Assembly: GCF_009914755.1 (NCBI RefSeq)
Contig: NC_060932.1
Length of the DNA: 64,000 bases
Strand: one strand, 5' to 3'
Source of the DNA: the human T2T-CHM13v2.0 reference genome, Homo sapiens
The translations under genes and the position numbers were made by a program. Positions 26,876 through 42,559 of the stretch are shown here, one piece after another. The notes below the pieces were generated by a model. The model searched no databases. It was not told the origin of the DNA and was given only the letters and a program-made list of their open reading frames with translations. Each line of letters begins with the position of its first letter. The first letter of the stretch is position 1.

Positions 26876-27211
26876 CTAGACCTTCACTGTACAGTGTAGG
26901 GGCCACGGGACACGTGGCTGCCCAGCACTGGAAATGTGCCTGGCCTGAATTGAGATGTCCTCCTGAAAGTGTAAGAACATGCCAGATTTTGAAGATTCAG
27001 TTTGAGAAAAGAATGTAAAATAACTCAATAATTTTTATATTAATTACATGTTGAAAGGGTAATATTTTGGATTTATTGGGTTAAATATATTATCAAAATT
27101 AACTTCACCTATTCTTTGATTTAAAAATATGTCTACATGAAAACTTAAGATAACATATATGGTTCACATTTGTGGCTTACATTATATTTCCATGGGATGG
27201 TGCCATTCTAG
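26876..27211. mobile_element. MER33 (hAT-Charlie)
   Basis: GAATTGAGATGT..AAGTGTAA..CCAGATTTTGAAGA..AAAGAATGTAAAATA..TTACATGTTGAAA. Confidence 0.75.
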
Positions 27212-27522
27212 ACTCTGTAATTCATTGATTTTGCTCCATCTCCTTGGCAGCATTCTAAAACATAGTGCGAAGCAGATGGTTGTGTACTTGTAGGAAAGAA
27301 AGTAGTAATAACTGAAAGCAAGAATAATTCTACTAAGAACAAATCATGCCAAACTGACCTCATTTTTTTTTCTTTTTATAGGGTTACTTGGCTAGAAAAT
27401 CAGAACACTTCTGTAGGTTTATATTTGGATTTCCGTAACTCATTTGAAATGTGTCCTCTGATCAGGTCGAAGGCATTTTAGAGAGCATTGAGTTGTGGTT
27501 GATGGCACGGCTCTCTCTGTAG

Positions 27523-27826
<304 letters not shown>

Positions 27827-28650
27827 TCGTTTCTCAGTTCTTGATGGTTGTGTCAAGAACAGCCTGAGCTGTCCTCCAGCTTCCTATAGAGTTTGCTTCA
27901 TTTCAGGAATGTGAGGGAACATACACTAGCCTCATTTGGGAAGAGATCAGGTTTGGTCAGGTTTTTAGTGCTCTAGAAGGTTCTGCCCCATGAGCCATAC
28001 TCTGTTGAGTGATCTGGGGCTCATTCATTGAATACATTTCTGGAGTACTTACATGCCCTGGCACTGTGCTAGGTGCTGGGAGTAAAGATTAATAAGATGT
28101 CATCTGTAATCTTAAAGTTCCATCTAGGAGGAAGGAAAACAGCTTAAATGAAACCATAGTCCCTGTGGTAGCGCACCATTAGAGGCACATGTGTGTAGGG
28201 TGCTGGACTGGGCTAGGAATATCACTCCCAGCTCTGCTGGTTTGGTAAGATTCCACTTGAAACCTGATTTCTAACTCCTGCCATAAAGAATGGCTTAATT
28301 GTTGTAAAACTAAAATCATTATCTTTAATTGTTCATATCTCACAACTTAGAAAATTCATTTATGTGAAATTTTTCTACAGCTACGGTGGAAAGCTTGGCA
28401 ATGTCTGCTTTGACAAATTTCCAGGACAAAATTATCGTGACACTGTTCTTTGGGAGGTGTACTGGGCCCAAGGACTAGAGTGGCCTTCAAACATTTCTCA
28501 AAGAACATCTAGCTTTGCCTACATGGTATCTGTTTGGCGGCATCCTTACAGAAGCAAAGAAGTCTACATTTTGGTCAGGTGTTTTGAACTCTAGCTAAGA
28601 GTTAGGAATCTACTGAGCTCTTTACAATCGAGGAGGTTTGTTTTCTGATT

Positions 28651-29275
28651 TGAGAGACCAAAATAGATGCCCTTTTCTCAACTAAGAAAGACCCTAAGGT
28701 TAAAGAAACAACGTTGCCTGTGGATTGAGGGTTCAGAGCCCTGGCTGGCATGGCAAATTTCTAAATTCCTATGGCTCTAAGCTCCCTAACAGTAGGAGTT
28801 ATCAAACCCCTCCTAACACATTTGCCACCCAGACCACTGCAACTCTGACTGGATAGAGCGCTGGCCTTTCGAGCATCCTTTTCTAATAAGCAACTGCAGA
28901 CATTAAACGGTTTCAGCATGCTTTTAGAGACTGCGCAGGAACTCTGTTTCCTATGGTTCACCTTTTGACATAAAGAGCCAAATTCCACCTCATTTTAATG
29001 CTAAAACCTCACCCCAAAGTGAACACGAGATGTATGTTACGTATATGTTTACCCACTGTGCACGCACTCAGCTCCTTCCAAACCTGTGGAATGTGTAGGA
29101 CTCTCGTGTGATACAGACCCTGTGAGGCATAAAACCTGAGCAGTCCTCCCATCTTTGAAGAAAGAAAGAGAACCTTTGACACACACCCAAGATCTTCTCT
29201 TCCACGCCAGCAAACCAATATTGCCAGTAGAGCTCTCCTTTCTACTCTTTAGCCATCCTGGTCTTTTGGATGACA
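28651..29275 (+). mobile_element. ERV1 (MER4-group) solo LTR, subfamily uncertain (LTR29/MER66-like)
   Basis: TGAGAGACCAAAATAGATGCCC...CCCTAAGGTTAA start, CATTTTAATGCTAAAAC and CATAAAA TATA-like motif, ends TGACA. Confidence 0.7.
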
Positions 29276-31805
29276 TTTAGTTCTGGAAGATTATTTCAAG
29301 GATTTAGGTAGCCCATCCATGGCTTTGCTTCCATCAGCTTGTGTCTTCTAAGTATGTAGTAAGTGACTCTAGGCAGCATACAGGTGGCAAGGAGTTATGT
29401 TAGACCCCCTCGGAATCACCTTCGTGACTGAGTAGCCCTCACGTCTGTCACAGGCTCTGCTTCAGCTGAAGGATATTCCAGAGATGGCCACACGACATCT
29501 CACTGTATTTTGGTAGAGATTTTGTGAGGACCTCGTGCATTACTGCCTAGTGTACTCTGCACTTTACACACCTTTAACAACATGTCAAAAACCTACAAGG
29601 CAAGTAATTTGATTAGAAAGATGAACAGTCAACTTAGGCAAAATTGAGGTGAAACTATAGCAGGTTGGTAGGAAATTCTGACTAGTTTCTTCTCTAGCTT
29701 GACCTCTGTATTATATGCTTAAATTTTCTCTAGGTACTATAATTTTAATTTTCTGTTTTCCTGATTTTTTTTTGTTGTTGAAATATCTCACATATTTTTG
29801 GGAAAGAAGGTAGGGTTTAAGATAAAACTAAAGATCTTCTTAGTGTCATTTTTGGCTGGTAGTTGGTTGTGTTTAAACTCTACACCGAGAAGATGGAAGT
29901 TATTTTGTTCAAACTTTTATATTAAATGTCTAAATCAGGAGTGGGCAATGTTTTAATCTTTATTTATTTATTTTGATAGGTGAGAAAAAATATTTGTGTA
30001 CTTTTTTCACATTCAAAATAAAAGGTTTTATTGAGTCCTAGGGGAAAAAAAATTAAGAATGATTTCTTTGAGTAGAAAACCTCCAAGGGGATTTGGTGCT
30101 GGTTCTGGGCCATGAAAATGGTTTGCTCCGGGCCTGTTGGGTGGTCACAAGTGTGGTGGCAGACAGCCCTTTCAGTCCCTGGGCCTGTGGAGGACTGCTG
30201 GAGGACATTTGGGGTTATCCCATTTCTTCCTCAGAGGAATGCTGCAGTCTGTGTTACTGTGGTCACACTTTAGTAACAGGGACATTGGTGCAAAGATGTA
30301 TTCTTCAGGTTGTTTGGGGAGTGGAGGAGTGGATGAGGGACAGGGTCTAAATGGCTCCAGAGCTTGGGGTCCCGGTATCCTCCCCAGTCTGTTCTTCCCT
30401 TTCCTGGAATCTGAGGTCTTATCCCACCTGAGCTTGGCAAGGTGAAGTGAGCATTCCTATGACATTTGCCATCCCAGGCTGGTGTCTCCCTGCTGGGATG
30501 GCTCCCAGTGGCCCCAACTTGTGCTTCCCCCCGGGCTGTCACTTCTGTCAAATCCTCCTTCCCCCCAGACCTGGGAGGGGCTGTGGAAGGCCCCTGATGG
30601 GTTTTCTCTAGGATCTCCTTCTCCTGAAATGCTGTGTGATGTCTCTAGAACTGAGGCTGGCTGAGCTTTGCTTATCAACAAAGATTTCTCTCTTTACTGC
30701 ACTAGATGGCAAATGCCTGCTGTTACAGAATCTTTCCCCAAAGTGGATCAAAGATGGAGTATCATCAGTATCATCGCAAGAAATGTCAAGTCTGGCAGAA
30801 GAGTATGAAAGGGGCAGCTTTGGGCTGTCCCCATGGCGGTCTTTGGGCACACATCAGGGGCTTATGGTGGGGAGTGGGTGTTGTCCTGTCTCTGGCAGTA
30901 GTCCCAGCCTGGCGCACTTTTTGGGGCTCAGTAAATAGTTGTTTATATATTGGAAAGGCCCTGGTGGGATGGAGGGATTTGTGAATTATGTGCGTTCACC
31001 ACATTGCTGAATCCACGAGGGAGAGTGGTGGGGAAGCAGGCTTCAGCTTAATGTGCAGTCCCAGGTGACCCAAACCAGGATGGGCTGCCAAATAAAGTGG
31101 GCCCTCTGTTGTTCAGGGACACAGAGGGGGAGTCCAGTGGGGCTGCACAGTCATCTTTTGGTCCTGCATGCTGAAGCCGAGATATTTTTTATCTTGACAC
31201 ATCATCCTCACCCATAAACTACAGTTGCTATTGCTATTTCTGGCACCACCTTTTTTACTTCTCATTTTGGGTTTATTTTATCATGGAGCTCTGAGCCTGC
31301 CTGCTCTGTGGTAGACTCAGGTACTCTCAGGGACAAAGTGTTGGAAAATAAGGTCACTTCTCTCTTTAACACCAAAATAAACTGATAAATGCTTGTACGC
31401 AGAGTACAGAAGGAGTAAGGTAGCTGGCCTTTCGTGCTGGCATGCCTGTCACTGTGCTGTGAAAGTGACTGGGACATGGGCCTCTTGTGAACAAGGATTG
31501 ACTGTGCACTAAGACGTGGCATCTGCTTGTGATGATCATGCTTTTGTCATCCGTTCTCTCTGGCTTGGAAAAGGCCCGAGCCAAACTAGAACTGTCAGAC
31601 CTAAATTGGCGTAACCCATGTCAGTTCTTCCTCGAAGAGCCCTTCCGGATTACCTGCTTCAGTGATCCAGACTGTCTAGTAAGAACACTTAGGATCATAG
31701 AGCTTCCTGGGCCTCCCTCTGCCTAGCGGGAATCAGTGGGACTGCGCAGGGTACTCCCTGGGGGATGCTGATGCACAGGTAGCTTTAGGAACCCTGGATC
31801 TGGGT

Positions 31806-31990
31806 CAGTGCTTTGTCAACTGTAGCACACAGTCACCAGGAGGGCTATTCAAACAAATTGCCAGTTGCTCCAGAGTTTCTTATTCACACGGTCTGGGGAG
31901 GGCCTCGAGATTTGCATTTTCGCCAAGTTCCCTGGTGATCCTGAGCCTGTCTGGGTGAAGTCCTCATCTGAAAAGTGTGTAGTGCTAGGT
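31806..31990. mobile_element. MER5A-like MITE
   Basis: GGTCTGGGGAGGGCCTCGAGATTTGCATTTT..CAAGTTCCCTGGTGAT. Confidence 0.6.
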
Positions 31991-32577
31991 CTGTGTCCCC
32001 GGACATAAGGTTATAAAGGTGGATGTCTTGCAGGGAAACTGCTGCAAAGGGCAGAAAGGGTTGTAAAAGTTCTCCCAGAGAAGATGACCTTTGATGCAAC
32101 AGGCTTTAACCTTCTCATTGAGAATCTTCAGTGCAGTTCCTAATTTTTAAAATAAAACTTCTGTTTAATAAGTCACATACATGTATGTTTTCCCTAACTG
32201 CTTTGCATTTTTCTTTAATCTGTGTAGATTTTCATATTTAAAATGCAAGTTCAATTATGATTTGGTTTTGGGGTTATCGTTTATTAAACATTTTGGACAT
32301 CTGGAAGCAAACCTATTATCTTTATTTTTAATTTTAAAAGAAAATGTTTTTGTACCATATTCTGCTATAAATAAAATATTTATAAGTGTAGTGATTATTA
32401 GAAATTTTTACTAACATCAAGACTTTAGGCCATGAAAATGTACTTATTTCCTTGGATTTAAAAATATTTTTACAAAATAACTTTCTTTTCTTAGGAATTT
32501 TAATTGTTTTAGTTGATGAGTTGATGTTCTTCTTTATGCTCAGACAGCTTGGGCAGTTTTTGTTTAAGATAACGTTA

Positions 32578-32875
<298 letters not shown>

Positions 32876-33068
32876 TTAAATTTACACTCTCAGAAAAGGT
32901 GACATTAAATTTATACTCTCAGAACATTTGTTTTTCAACAAAAATGGATACAGATACTATTGATTAATTTTGGAGGAATACAGTGAAGATAATTTCTAAA
33001 TTTAGTCTTAGGTCCTTAAGTAAAAGTGCCCTCAGTTAACTAAAACGTGTTCTTGAAAAGGCATGAGG

Positions 33069-33424
<356 letters not shown>

Positions 33425-33751
33425 TTAAAATAGGTCCTATTTGGAAATAAATTTAACTCTTGGAATATTTAACTATTCCTAACTGTATCATTCAACTCAT
33501 TCTATTTATATGGTTTAATTATATATTTGACCCATTTAATCTTAATACCTCACGAAAACAAAGCTATGTAGAGTATCTTTTAATCAGTTTTAGCATCTGA
33601 GAAATCTGATGTCTCTTTGGTGGATTTGGCCAGAGGGAACTGGAACACATGCTCTCATTGCCACTTTGATGGTATTTTTTAAATCTATGAAATAAATGCT
33701 TTTAGAAAATGATTTTACTGGGCAAAGAGAGCCAGGTGTGGAAGTAAAATT

Positions 33752-34070
33752 TGTATTATCTATTGTTGCATAACAAATGACGCCAAAACTTAGTGGCTCA
33801 AATAATACAGATTTTCTCTCTTCACATTCTGTGGGGATTCGGAGTTTCTTAGCAGGGAGCTTCTGGCTTGGGCCTCCCGGGAGGTTATTCTCAGATGTGG
33901 CTGGGGTTGCAGTCATATTGAGGCTGCACAGAGCCTGGAGGCTCCAGCACCCAATGTGGCTAAGCTCTGGCTCAGCTCTTTGACTGGAGAGTTGATGCTA
34001 CCTGCTGGTGGGAGCGGGGAGCTCAGTTCCTCCCCAGCTTAAGCCTATCCTGGCGCTGCTTGGTTGCAGG
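33752..34070 (-). mobile_element. MLT1 (F/G/H-like) LTR fragment
   Basis: TCTATTGTTGCATAACAAATGACGCCAAAACTTAGTGGCTCAAA...GGCTGGGGTTGCAGTCAT. Confidence 0.7.
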
Positions 34071-36314
34071 TCAAATTTTTGGCCAGCCAAGAACCTGAAG
34101 GAAGATCTTTCATAATGTCTCAGTTTGGCTAGCTACCCAACTCCACGTATTCATCCTGTTTGCCTCGTGGTGTTGCCTCATGCCAGGAAGTGCTCCAGTC
34201 TGTGTTTGTCATGTTCTGTGCCCTCCAGGAGCTCATGATGCACCAGAGAAAAGGCTAAGCCCAGGGCCCAAGAGAAGCTGGTGCAATGAGCAGCATGGGC
34301 ACAGCCTGAATGAGGGAGGGAGTGTGTCCAGGAAAAGCTTTCCTGAAGAAGGTCAGATTTGAGCTGAATCAGATGTGCCTGCCTTCTAAGAGAAGGTAGA
34401 TGTTAGCCAGGTGAAGGAGTAGGCTGGAAGCAGGGAGTAGGGGGAGAAATTTAGGAAGGAAATGCTAGGCAGATAGAACAGACTTAGTGAACAGACTGAG
34501 GCTCGAAACAGCACAGCAAGTCTGGAGAACTTTAGCAGTTTACTTTTTCAGTGCCTAGGGAAATGTTTGAGTTAGGGAGAGATGCCAGGACTGGAGATGC
34601 TAGTGTGGTAGGTAAGGGAGTTAGTGCTTCTCAGTCATGCAGCTTGGATGCATGTGTTTCTTGCCCATCATGCATGTTTTCTTACTCATTCCTCAACAAA
34701 GATTTGAGCATTTACAAGGCTTAAGGCATTATGCCGCTTCATTGAACCCTGAAAGGTAGATAAGTCTGCATTTTATAGATAAGAGACTGGCTGAGGGATA
34801 TTAATTGACTTGCCCAAGGTGATGTGGCCAGTGAGTAGCAGGGCTACATCTGTGTGAAAACCTGAAAGTCGAGTTAAGATGCGAACCAGTTCTTCATAAG
34901 AATCACTGGAGGCACATATTTTATATAAAGATTTCAGGCCTCCACCCTAGACTTACTGATGTCTAGGGGAAGGGCCTCAGGTACTCTTTACTATTGGTGA
35001 AGTGGAGAGCTTAGCTTTGCTCTCAACTTGAACTTGACATCAGTGAGAGTGGAGGAATTGTGGAAGAGGGTGTGCAGTTTCTTTTCTGTATGTGCTGAGG
35101 GGCATGAAGTCCAAAAGATGTTTTTGTTTGGAAAATTCTGAGTGACATTACAGCCTCAATCTCTTAGAAGATGTTTTCAAAGTCTCTAAAAAATAAATTG
35201 TGAAGAAAGATATCCACAAGCTTCAGTATCTTGGAATCAACACACAATTGGATTTTTGATATCTGGTTTGATTTGATATTTCATGTGAATGAGTAGCTGA
35301 AAGGTGCTAATGAGGTATTTAATACTGGTACTAGAATCAAAAGCTGAGAAATACCTGAACACAAAGACCAGACTGGTAATAATGTCATGAGATTCCCCAG
35401 GACTAGAGAAAAACATGAAGAATAAAATTACTAAGAATTATTCAAAAGAGTGTTTTGTTGTTAAGGATTGCTCTGTATGTCATAATGTACTGTTTTAAGC
35501 TCTTCACGTGTATTGGGTCATTTTATCCCCAAAACCAAAAATGTTATTGTTTTTGTATTTCACAGGGCTATAGAATGTGAAAAAATGTGTAATTTAGTTA
35601 ATTGTTGTTTTTAAATGCTCAAACAAATGTATTTAATTTTTTAATATCCTTATAATTTTTTCTGCCTGTTCTATCAATTATTGAGTGCAGAGTGCTAAAA
35701 ATCTTCACCTGTGATTGTAGATTTATCTGTTTCTGTCTTTAGTTATATAAACTTTTATTTCATTTAGTTGAAGTTCTATAATTAGGTACATGCACATTTA
35801 GAACTCTCAGGTCTTTATAATAATTGACTCTTTGATCATTATGTAATGCCTTTTCCTTGTCTTTGGAAATACTTCTTGTCTTAAAGTTTACTTTGTCTGA
35901 TATTGAAATAGCCACACCAGCTTTCTCATGATTATAGAGTTTGCATGGTATATATATGTATATATTTTTTCCATTCCTTTATTTTTAGTATACCTCATCT
36001 TTATCCTTTAAATGTGTCTCTTATAGTGTACAGTTAGATAGTGCTTTTTTTATTCAGTCTTGACAAACTTTCCCTTTTAACTGAGGGGTTTAGTCCATTT
36101 ACATTGATTGTAATTTACAATGATATTAGACATTGATACGGTTGATTTTTAAGTCTATTACCCTATTTTTTGTATTCTATTTGTTTGATCTGTTTGTTCC
36201 TTCTTTCTTGCCTCACTTTGGCTTAATCTAGTAATTTTTCGCATTTTATTTTGTCTCCTTTGCATTTTAGCCAAGGTTTGGTTTTACTTTTTACTGGTTG
36301 CTCTAGGGATTACA

Positions 36315-36315
<1 letters not shown>

Positions 36316-36363
<48 letters not shown>
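36316..36363. repeat. (TAGA)12 tetranucleotide STR
   Basis: 12 perfect units. Confidence 0.97.
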
Positions 36364-36559
36364 GAATCACCATCTACATTGAATGAATATTTTACCACTT
36401 CACATTAAATGTAAGAATCTTACAACTGTATATTTTCCTTTACGCTCCTCCTGTCCTTTGTGCTGTTCTCTATTTTAGTTGTATGTTTGTTGTACACCTC
36501 ACAATACATTATTTTTTACTTTTCAGCCAAATATCTTTTTGTAAATGTAAAAAAGAAAA

Positions 36560-36967
<408 letters not shown>

Positions 36968-39729
36968 CTAAATTTTTTCCATTTGGTATTATTTCCCTTC
37001 AGCCTGAAGAACTTTCTCTATTGTTTATTATAGGGTAGGTCTGCTGGTGATTAACTTTCTTAGCTTTCATTTAGCCGAAAACTTCTTGAATTTGCCTTCA
37101 TTTTGTTGCTGAGTATGTAGTATTCTAGGTTGACAGCTTCCTTTTTTTTCTTGCAGCATTGTAAATATGTTGTTCCATTATGGCCTCCCTTGTTTCTAAA
37201 AAGAAGTTGGCTATCATTATTATCTTTGTTCCCTTGTATATAGTGTCTTTTTTGTGTTACTGCTTTTTAGAATTATTTTCATTTATGTTTTATTTTCAGC
37301 AGTTAGACTCCATTATGCTTAGGTGGGTTTTTCTTTGTATTTGCTTTGAGTTCACTGAGCTTCTTGGTTGATTTTTTTCCAAATTTGGTACATTTCATCT
37401 ACATTTGTTCACATATTTTTAATCCTATCCTTCCCTCTTTTCTCCTCTCCTCTAATTGCCCGTATATTTTATTGTTTGGTATTATCTTGCAAGTCACTTG
37501 TACTTAATTTTTTTCCAGTTGCTTTTCTGTCTATGATTTAGTAAATTTGTGTGTTTTTTTTCCTTCTACAAAGTCCAATTAGCAAGCCATTCAATAAATT
37601 TTTAATTTGAAATATTATATTTTAGTCTTGTATTTTATTTAGTGCTATTTTACGGTTTTTATTTCTGTCTGAAAATGTTCCATCTCTTCTATTAGATTTT
37701 TTTATTTGCTGTAAACGCCTTAATATATTTGACGTAGTTGTTCTAAAGTCCTTCACTAGTGAGCTCACTAAGTGAGTCATTGGAGATTCTGTTCTTACTG
37801 ACTGTGTTTATTTTTACTTATGGATAATATTTTCCCATTTTAAATGTATTTTGAAATTTTAAAAATTTTCAGTTTTAAATTTTTAAATTGTATTCCAGGT
37901 GTACACAAAATAATAATATTTGTTTGTTTCATTTCTCAAGAGTGCAAGCTCTCTTCTTAATGGAGATAAGGCTAAAGAGCTGTATATTCAGATTCCTGAA
38001 CATTTAGTTAAGGTTGGAGTTACACTTTTAATTAGGTTGAGTTCACCTAATCAGCCTTTTAAAAACAAGTCCGTGTTAGTATTTCAGCTGGGAGAAAGTT
38101 GGTCTACAATTTTAGATCTTTGATTTCCTGTTGGATTAAAAGATTGAATGAAGCATCATCAGAGTATATGGGCTACATGATTTCTCTCAGCCTTCTAACA
38201 TTTCCACTGTTGCTTTTTTGTCTAATTTGGGAGGCTGGGGGAAGGTGGTGGTAGATCAGAAGGCTTATTAGGAAAGTAATTTGTTTTTGCATTTGTTCTT
38301 CTAGCATCCAATCTGTCCCACCAGTGCATGCCACTGTCTGAGGCTTGTCTTTCTCTCCTTATTACTGCGAGTCTCTCTCTGATGGCTTGTTCCTCCTGAT
38401 CTAGACGAGGCGTCCTCAGATAAGGAAGCTGCTATGGCTTTCAGCTCACCCAGAAAAGGCTACTTTCTTCCTGGCCTTAGGCTCCTTTGCATTTATTATT
38501 TTTTGCTAGGCCCATAGAAAAGTAACTTTTTATTTTGTCCAGGTAAAATTTTTTGTTGCCATCGGATGGAAGGCTTTTTTGTGCTTCTAATTAGACACAG
38601 AAATCTTCTATACATTTTTAAAGCAAGTGCCCCAAAGTGTAAAGTGTCAATGAGTTCTCTTGCCCCCGGATGCTGATTGGGTTTCACCAGTTGGAAGCAC
38701 TGGATGACCATCAGTGCCCAGTTGTATGTGTTAAGTGACATTCTTCTAATTTTTCTTTTATCCAACTTAAAAATCTGTGGTATCTGTGCTATTCTATTGG
38801 GTCACCACTGGTTACTGATACCTGCCAACCAAATAGGATATCTGAAAGGCAGTAAAAAAATTAATAAATAAATAAAACCAAGCATTGCTCTGTAGGACTT
38901 GCCCTGAGACACTCTTTTTCAGTTATGGAACTGCCCAATCACATGTAAGCCAGAAAACATGAAAAGTTAAAGACACATACACAGAACCGATTCCTAGCAT
39001 TACTACTACTTATGGTTTAAATGTAATTATTTACTGTTTCATGTACTGTATCAATGTTGTTAAATATATTGTCATTTAGTAGTCAGAACAACCCAGAGTA
39101 ACACTGAGATTCTAAGTTGGGGTTGACTACAGAATATACACTTTTAACCACTGTGCTATAAATGCTACCTTCTTCAACCAAGTTGATCAACCAGTATTAT
39201 TTTATCCAATACCAACTTGGATGAGCAAGGTATCATTTATAGCACAATGGTTAAAGGTGTATATTTTGCAGCCAACCCCAACTTGGAATCTCAGTTTTAC
39301 TCTGGTTTATTCTGACTACTAAATGATAATACATTTAACAACATTAACATGAATTTCCTTGAAGTTCTAGAGAGCATATAGCAGACATTAAATATGGAAA
39401 GTTCAATCTGCGGTGAAACCTTACCCTAATTGTTTTACACACATACTCTATGGCCTGGCTCTAGCATTCCACTTGCTGGGGAGCCAGTGTTGAGAGTTTC
39501 TGGGGTGCACAAGTAAGAAGGGAGCTGAGCTGTGAGCAGCATTCTGGGGTGCTGTTGGTGCTAGTCTCTCTGAATCCTGCTAGTAGTGTAGTCAGGCTCT
39601 CACTTTCATAAACACAGTGATTTGTATTTAGCCTGTTCATGCACAAGAGCTTTACTGGTGAGAAAGACCGAACTCTGTGCTTCTATTCTGAAAGCTAAAT
39701 GTCCCTTGACATGAGAAGTTAAGAAGTCC

Positions 39730-40062
39730 TACACCATGGACGAACCATGTGGGCATTATGCTAAGCAAAATAACCCAGTCACAGAAGGACAAATGCTGCA
39801 TAATTCCACTTACACAAAGTACCTAGAGTAGTCAGTGGTGACAGAAAGTACAATAGTGGTTTCCAGGGGCTGTAGGCAGGAAGAAGTAGGGGTGAATGGG
39901 GGTACAGAGTTTCAGTTTTGCAAGATGAAAGAATTCTGGAGATGGGTGGTGGCGATGGTTGTACAATAGTGTGATAGTACTTACTCCACTGAACTGTATA
40001 CTTAAAAATGGTTAAGATGGTCAATTTTACATTATATACATTTTACCTCAGTTTTAAAAATT
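39730..40062 (+). mobile_element. L1MB-type 3' end
   Basis: CAGTCACAGAAGGACAAA...GTACAGAGTTTCAGTTTTGCAAGATGAAA...TTAAAAATGGTTAAGATGG. Confidence 0.85.
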
Positions 40063-41939
40063 TAATAATATAAAACATGATGTCTCAATAAAATTTATAT
40101 TTCAGCCTTTAAAAAAAGTATCCAGTGGATTCTGTTTGGTTTTACTAACATTATGCTTAATTTTTGTAGAACAGCAGAAAACATGAGTATTGATATTGGC
40201 ATTGTTCTACACTTGCTTATTAAGGAGATGAATAGCTTTTCTTAGGGAAGGCCAAAAGTAGAAATTCTTTGGCCTGAAATCATTGCCACCTGCTCTGGAA
40301 AGCACTTGAAGAAGGCTCCAATTATACTTCTAGACAAGAAAGCCCAAACCCAGGGGGTTGTTAGACAGTGATTAGTCTCTCCAGGGGCAGAAAAACAGTG
40401 TGGGAAAGCCCTGCCCTCGCAGGTGATGAACCCCAGCAGCCTGTGTGTCTTTCAAACAGATTATATGAGACTTAGAGTCCCTGCATCTGATGTTGAATAT
40501 ATTGTGGAGACTAATTTTTTAAGGAAAAAAAATTTAAAGAGAGATAAACTTCATCAGAACTCTCTAATACTTGGAAGGATGGAAAACTGCCAGTTTATAA
40601 TCATAGTGGAAAACAAATTTGTTGACTTAATTTCTTGGCATGGTATTCTAGGGTTACTTAAGTACTATTACATAATTTTTATTTTTATTTTTATTTTTCA
40701 AGCAACACAGTGAGTGATTTAATAGATAGTCATTTAAAAATAATAATTTAAAAGATCAGCCTCCAGATAAGAGAAGTGCTTTCTACTTTAGGTTTTTGTG
40801 AGTTCCTTACCCCTATGTTTTTACTTTAAATAAGTATTTTTTATGATGTCAGCTAATAAAGGATTTTGCATGTAAAACTGAGCAGCTACAAAATACATGT
40901 TTTTTTGCAACAGTTTCTGCTGGACAAAAAAGTACAGTGACTTTGGAAAAACTGGGCTAATGAAAAAGTAAATATTTTTCAATATAGTTTTGGACTCATG
41001 AATCTCAGGTCCTGCACAAGTTCAAACGTTTTTAAGGAAGGTGGCCCTACCATTCTCTCCTGCCTAGAATAGCATGGTAGTCCCACAGAACATATCAGAG
41101 TTACCCTTGTTTACATTCATACATGGGGATCTAAATAGTAGTCCCATCTAGCTGCTGCTCACATGTTGGCTGGGAACTTTACTATAAACTCTGTGTTTGC
41201 TTTGTTATTGTATTCTTCTTTTCTAGATGAGTTAGGATTTCCAGCTATTGACTCAAAATCATTGAAATCGTGGAAAATGACAACATTATTAATTAGATCA
41301 TATCCAGTCAGTAATGTGCTAGCTTTGAAAACATGTATTTGTATACTAAGCCGTGTCTGAGTACCATTTTTAGGAGTGTTAAAAATGAAACTGTGAGCTG
41401 TGTAGCACTCTTTTTAAAAAGCTGTATTCTTTGCCACCAGGTGTATTTATCTTTAATTTGCAACCAAGTATATTTATCCTTAAAAAGATTTTGTGACACT
41501 GACATTGTACTAAGCACTTACAGATTTTTCCATCATGGCATTTTCCAGAATTTCTATCTTGGCTTAACATTTCTTTGACCATATATGGATTTGCTAAATG
41601 TTATTGTTTATAGAGAATCAATGAACAAAAGTGATGGGCTACATTTGAGTAAATTTAATGAAACTTTCACTGTGCTTTTTTTTTTTTTTTGTAAAACCCA
41701 GAGAAATATACGGATCTGTTTCAACTCGGTCCAAATAAAAATAAATAATTAGAATACATAAAAGGCTTTTTAAGTTGTCTTTTTCCATAGCATGTGAGGA
41801 GCATTATAGAGAGGGGATTTTGGTCTTACTAGTTTGAACCTCAGAGAGATGTCTCTAATTGTATAAGCCTGCCTTTTTTTGGAAAGAAAAGGAAAATTTT
41901 CCAATTGTTGGGAAATCAATGATCCATAACCAAAAAGGG

Positions 41940-42350
41940 AGATAGAAAGAACTTTATTAAGTGACTCTTCTGTGCCTGGCATTTTTACATATATTATTTT
42001 GTTGACATACATTCCTCCAAAGTAGGCATTATTTCTATTTGTTGATGAAAAAATGAATTGCCTAACTTGATTTGTCCAAGGTACGTTATGAATAATAGTG
42101 GCCAGGACTTAACACAACTCTGCCTTACTCAGTGCTGCTGCTGAACAGTCAGCCAGCATTGAGTGAGTGTGTGCCCTGTGCCTATTCCTTTGCCCACTTT
42201 TTTATAATAAATTGTTATTTGATTCTCACAGTGACCCTTGCAGGAAGGGGCTATAATTACCTTTTTACAGACCAGGAGGTTAAGTTAGTTGCTCAAGGTC
42301 ACATAGTGCCATGGAGGCAGGCTTTGAACTCAGTTGATTTCAGAATGCCA
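41940..42350 (-). mobile_element. Two adjacent MIR fragments
   Basis: TTTACAGACCAGGAGGTTAAGTTAGTTGCTCAAGGTCACATAG and related motifs. Confidence 0.55.
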
Positions 42351-42559
42351 AAGAGAGTATATTAGCTAATCATTTTGGTTCTTATGTTATATCCCAACTT
42401 AAGGCAGCCTGGATCCTTTAGAGAGATGCTCACCTTCTATCTTCTGTAGACTTATAATAATGGTATTTGCCTGGGCTTACACTATATCTGCTGCATAACC
42501 CACGTTGATACACTGCAGACAGGACATAAACAACATGGCTAATTTACTATCTTGGAATC

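Noticed and set aside
41430-41485. Repeated peptide KDKYTW
   Set aside because: A diverged ~27-bp tandem duplication in intronic DNA, not a protein repeat or CRISPR-like array.
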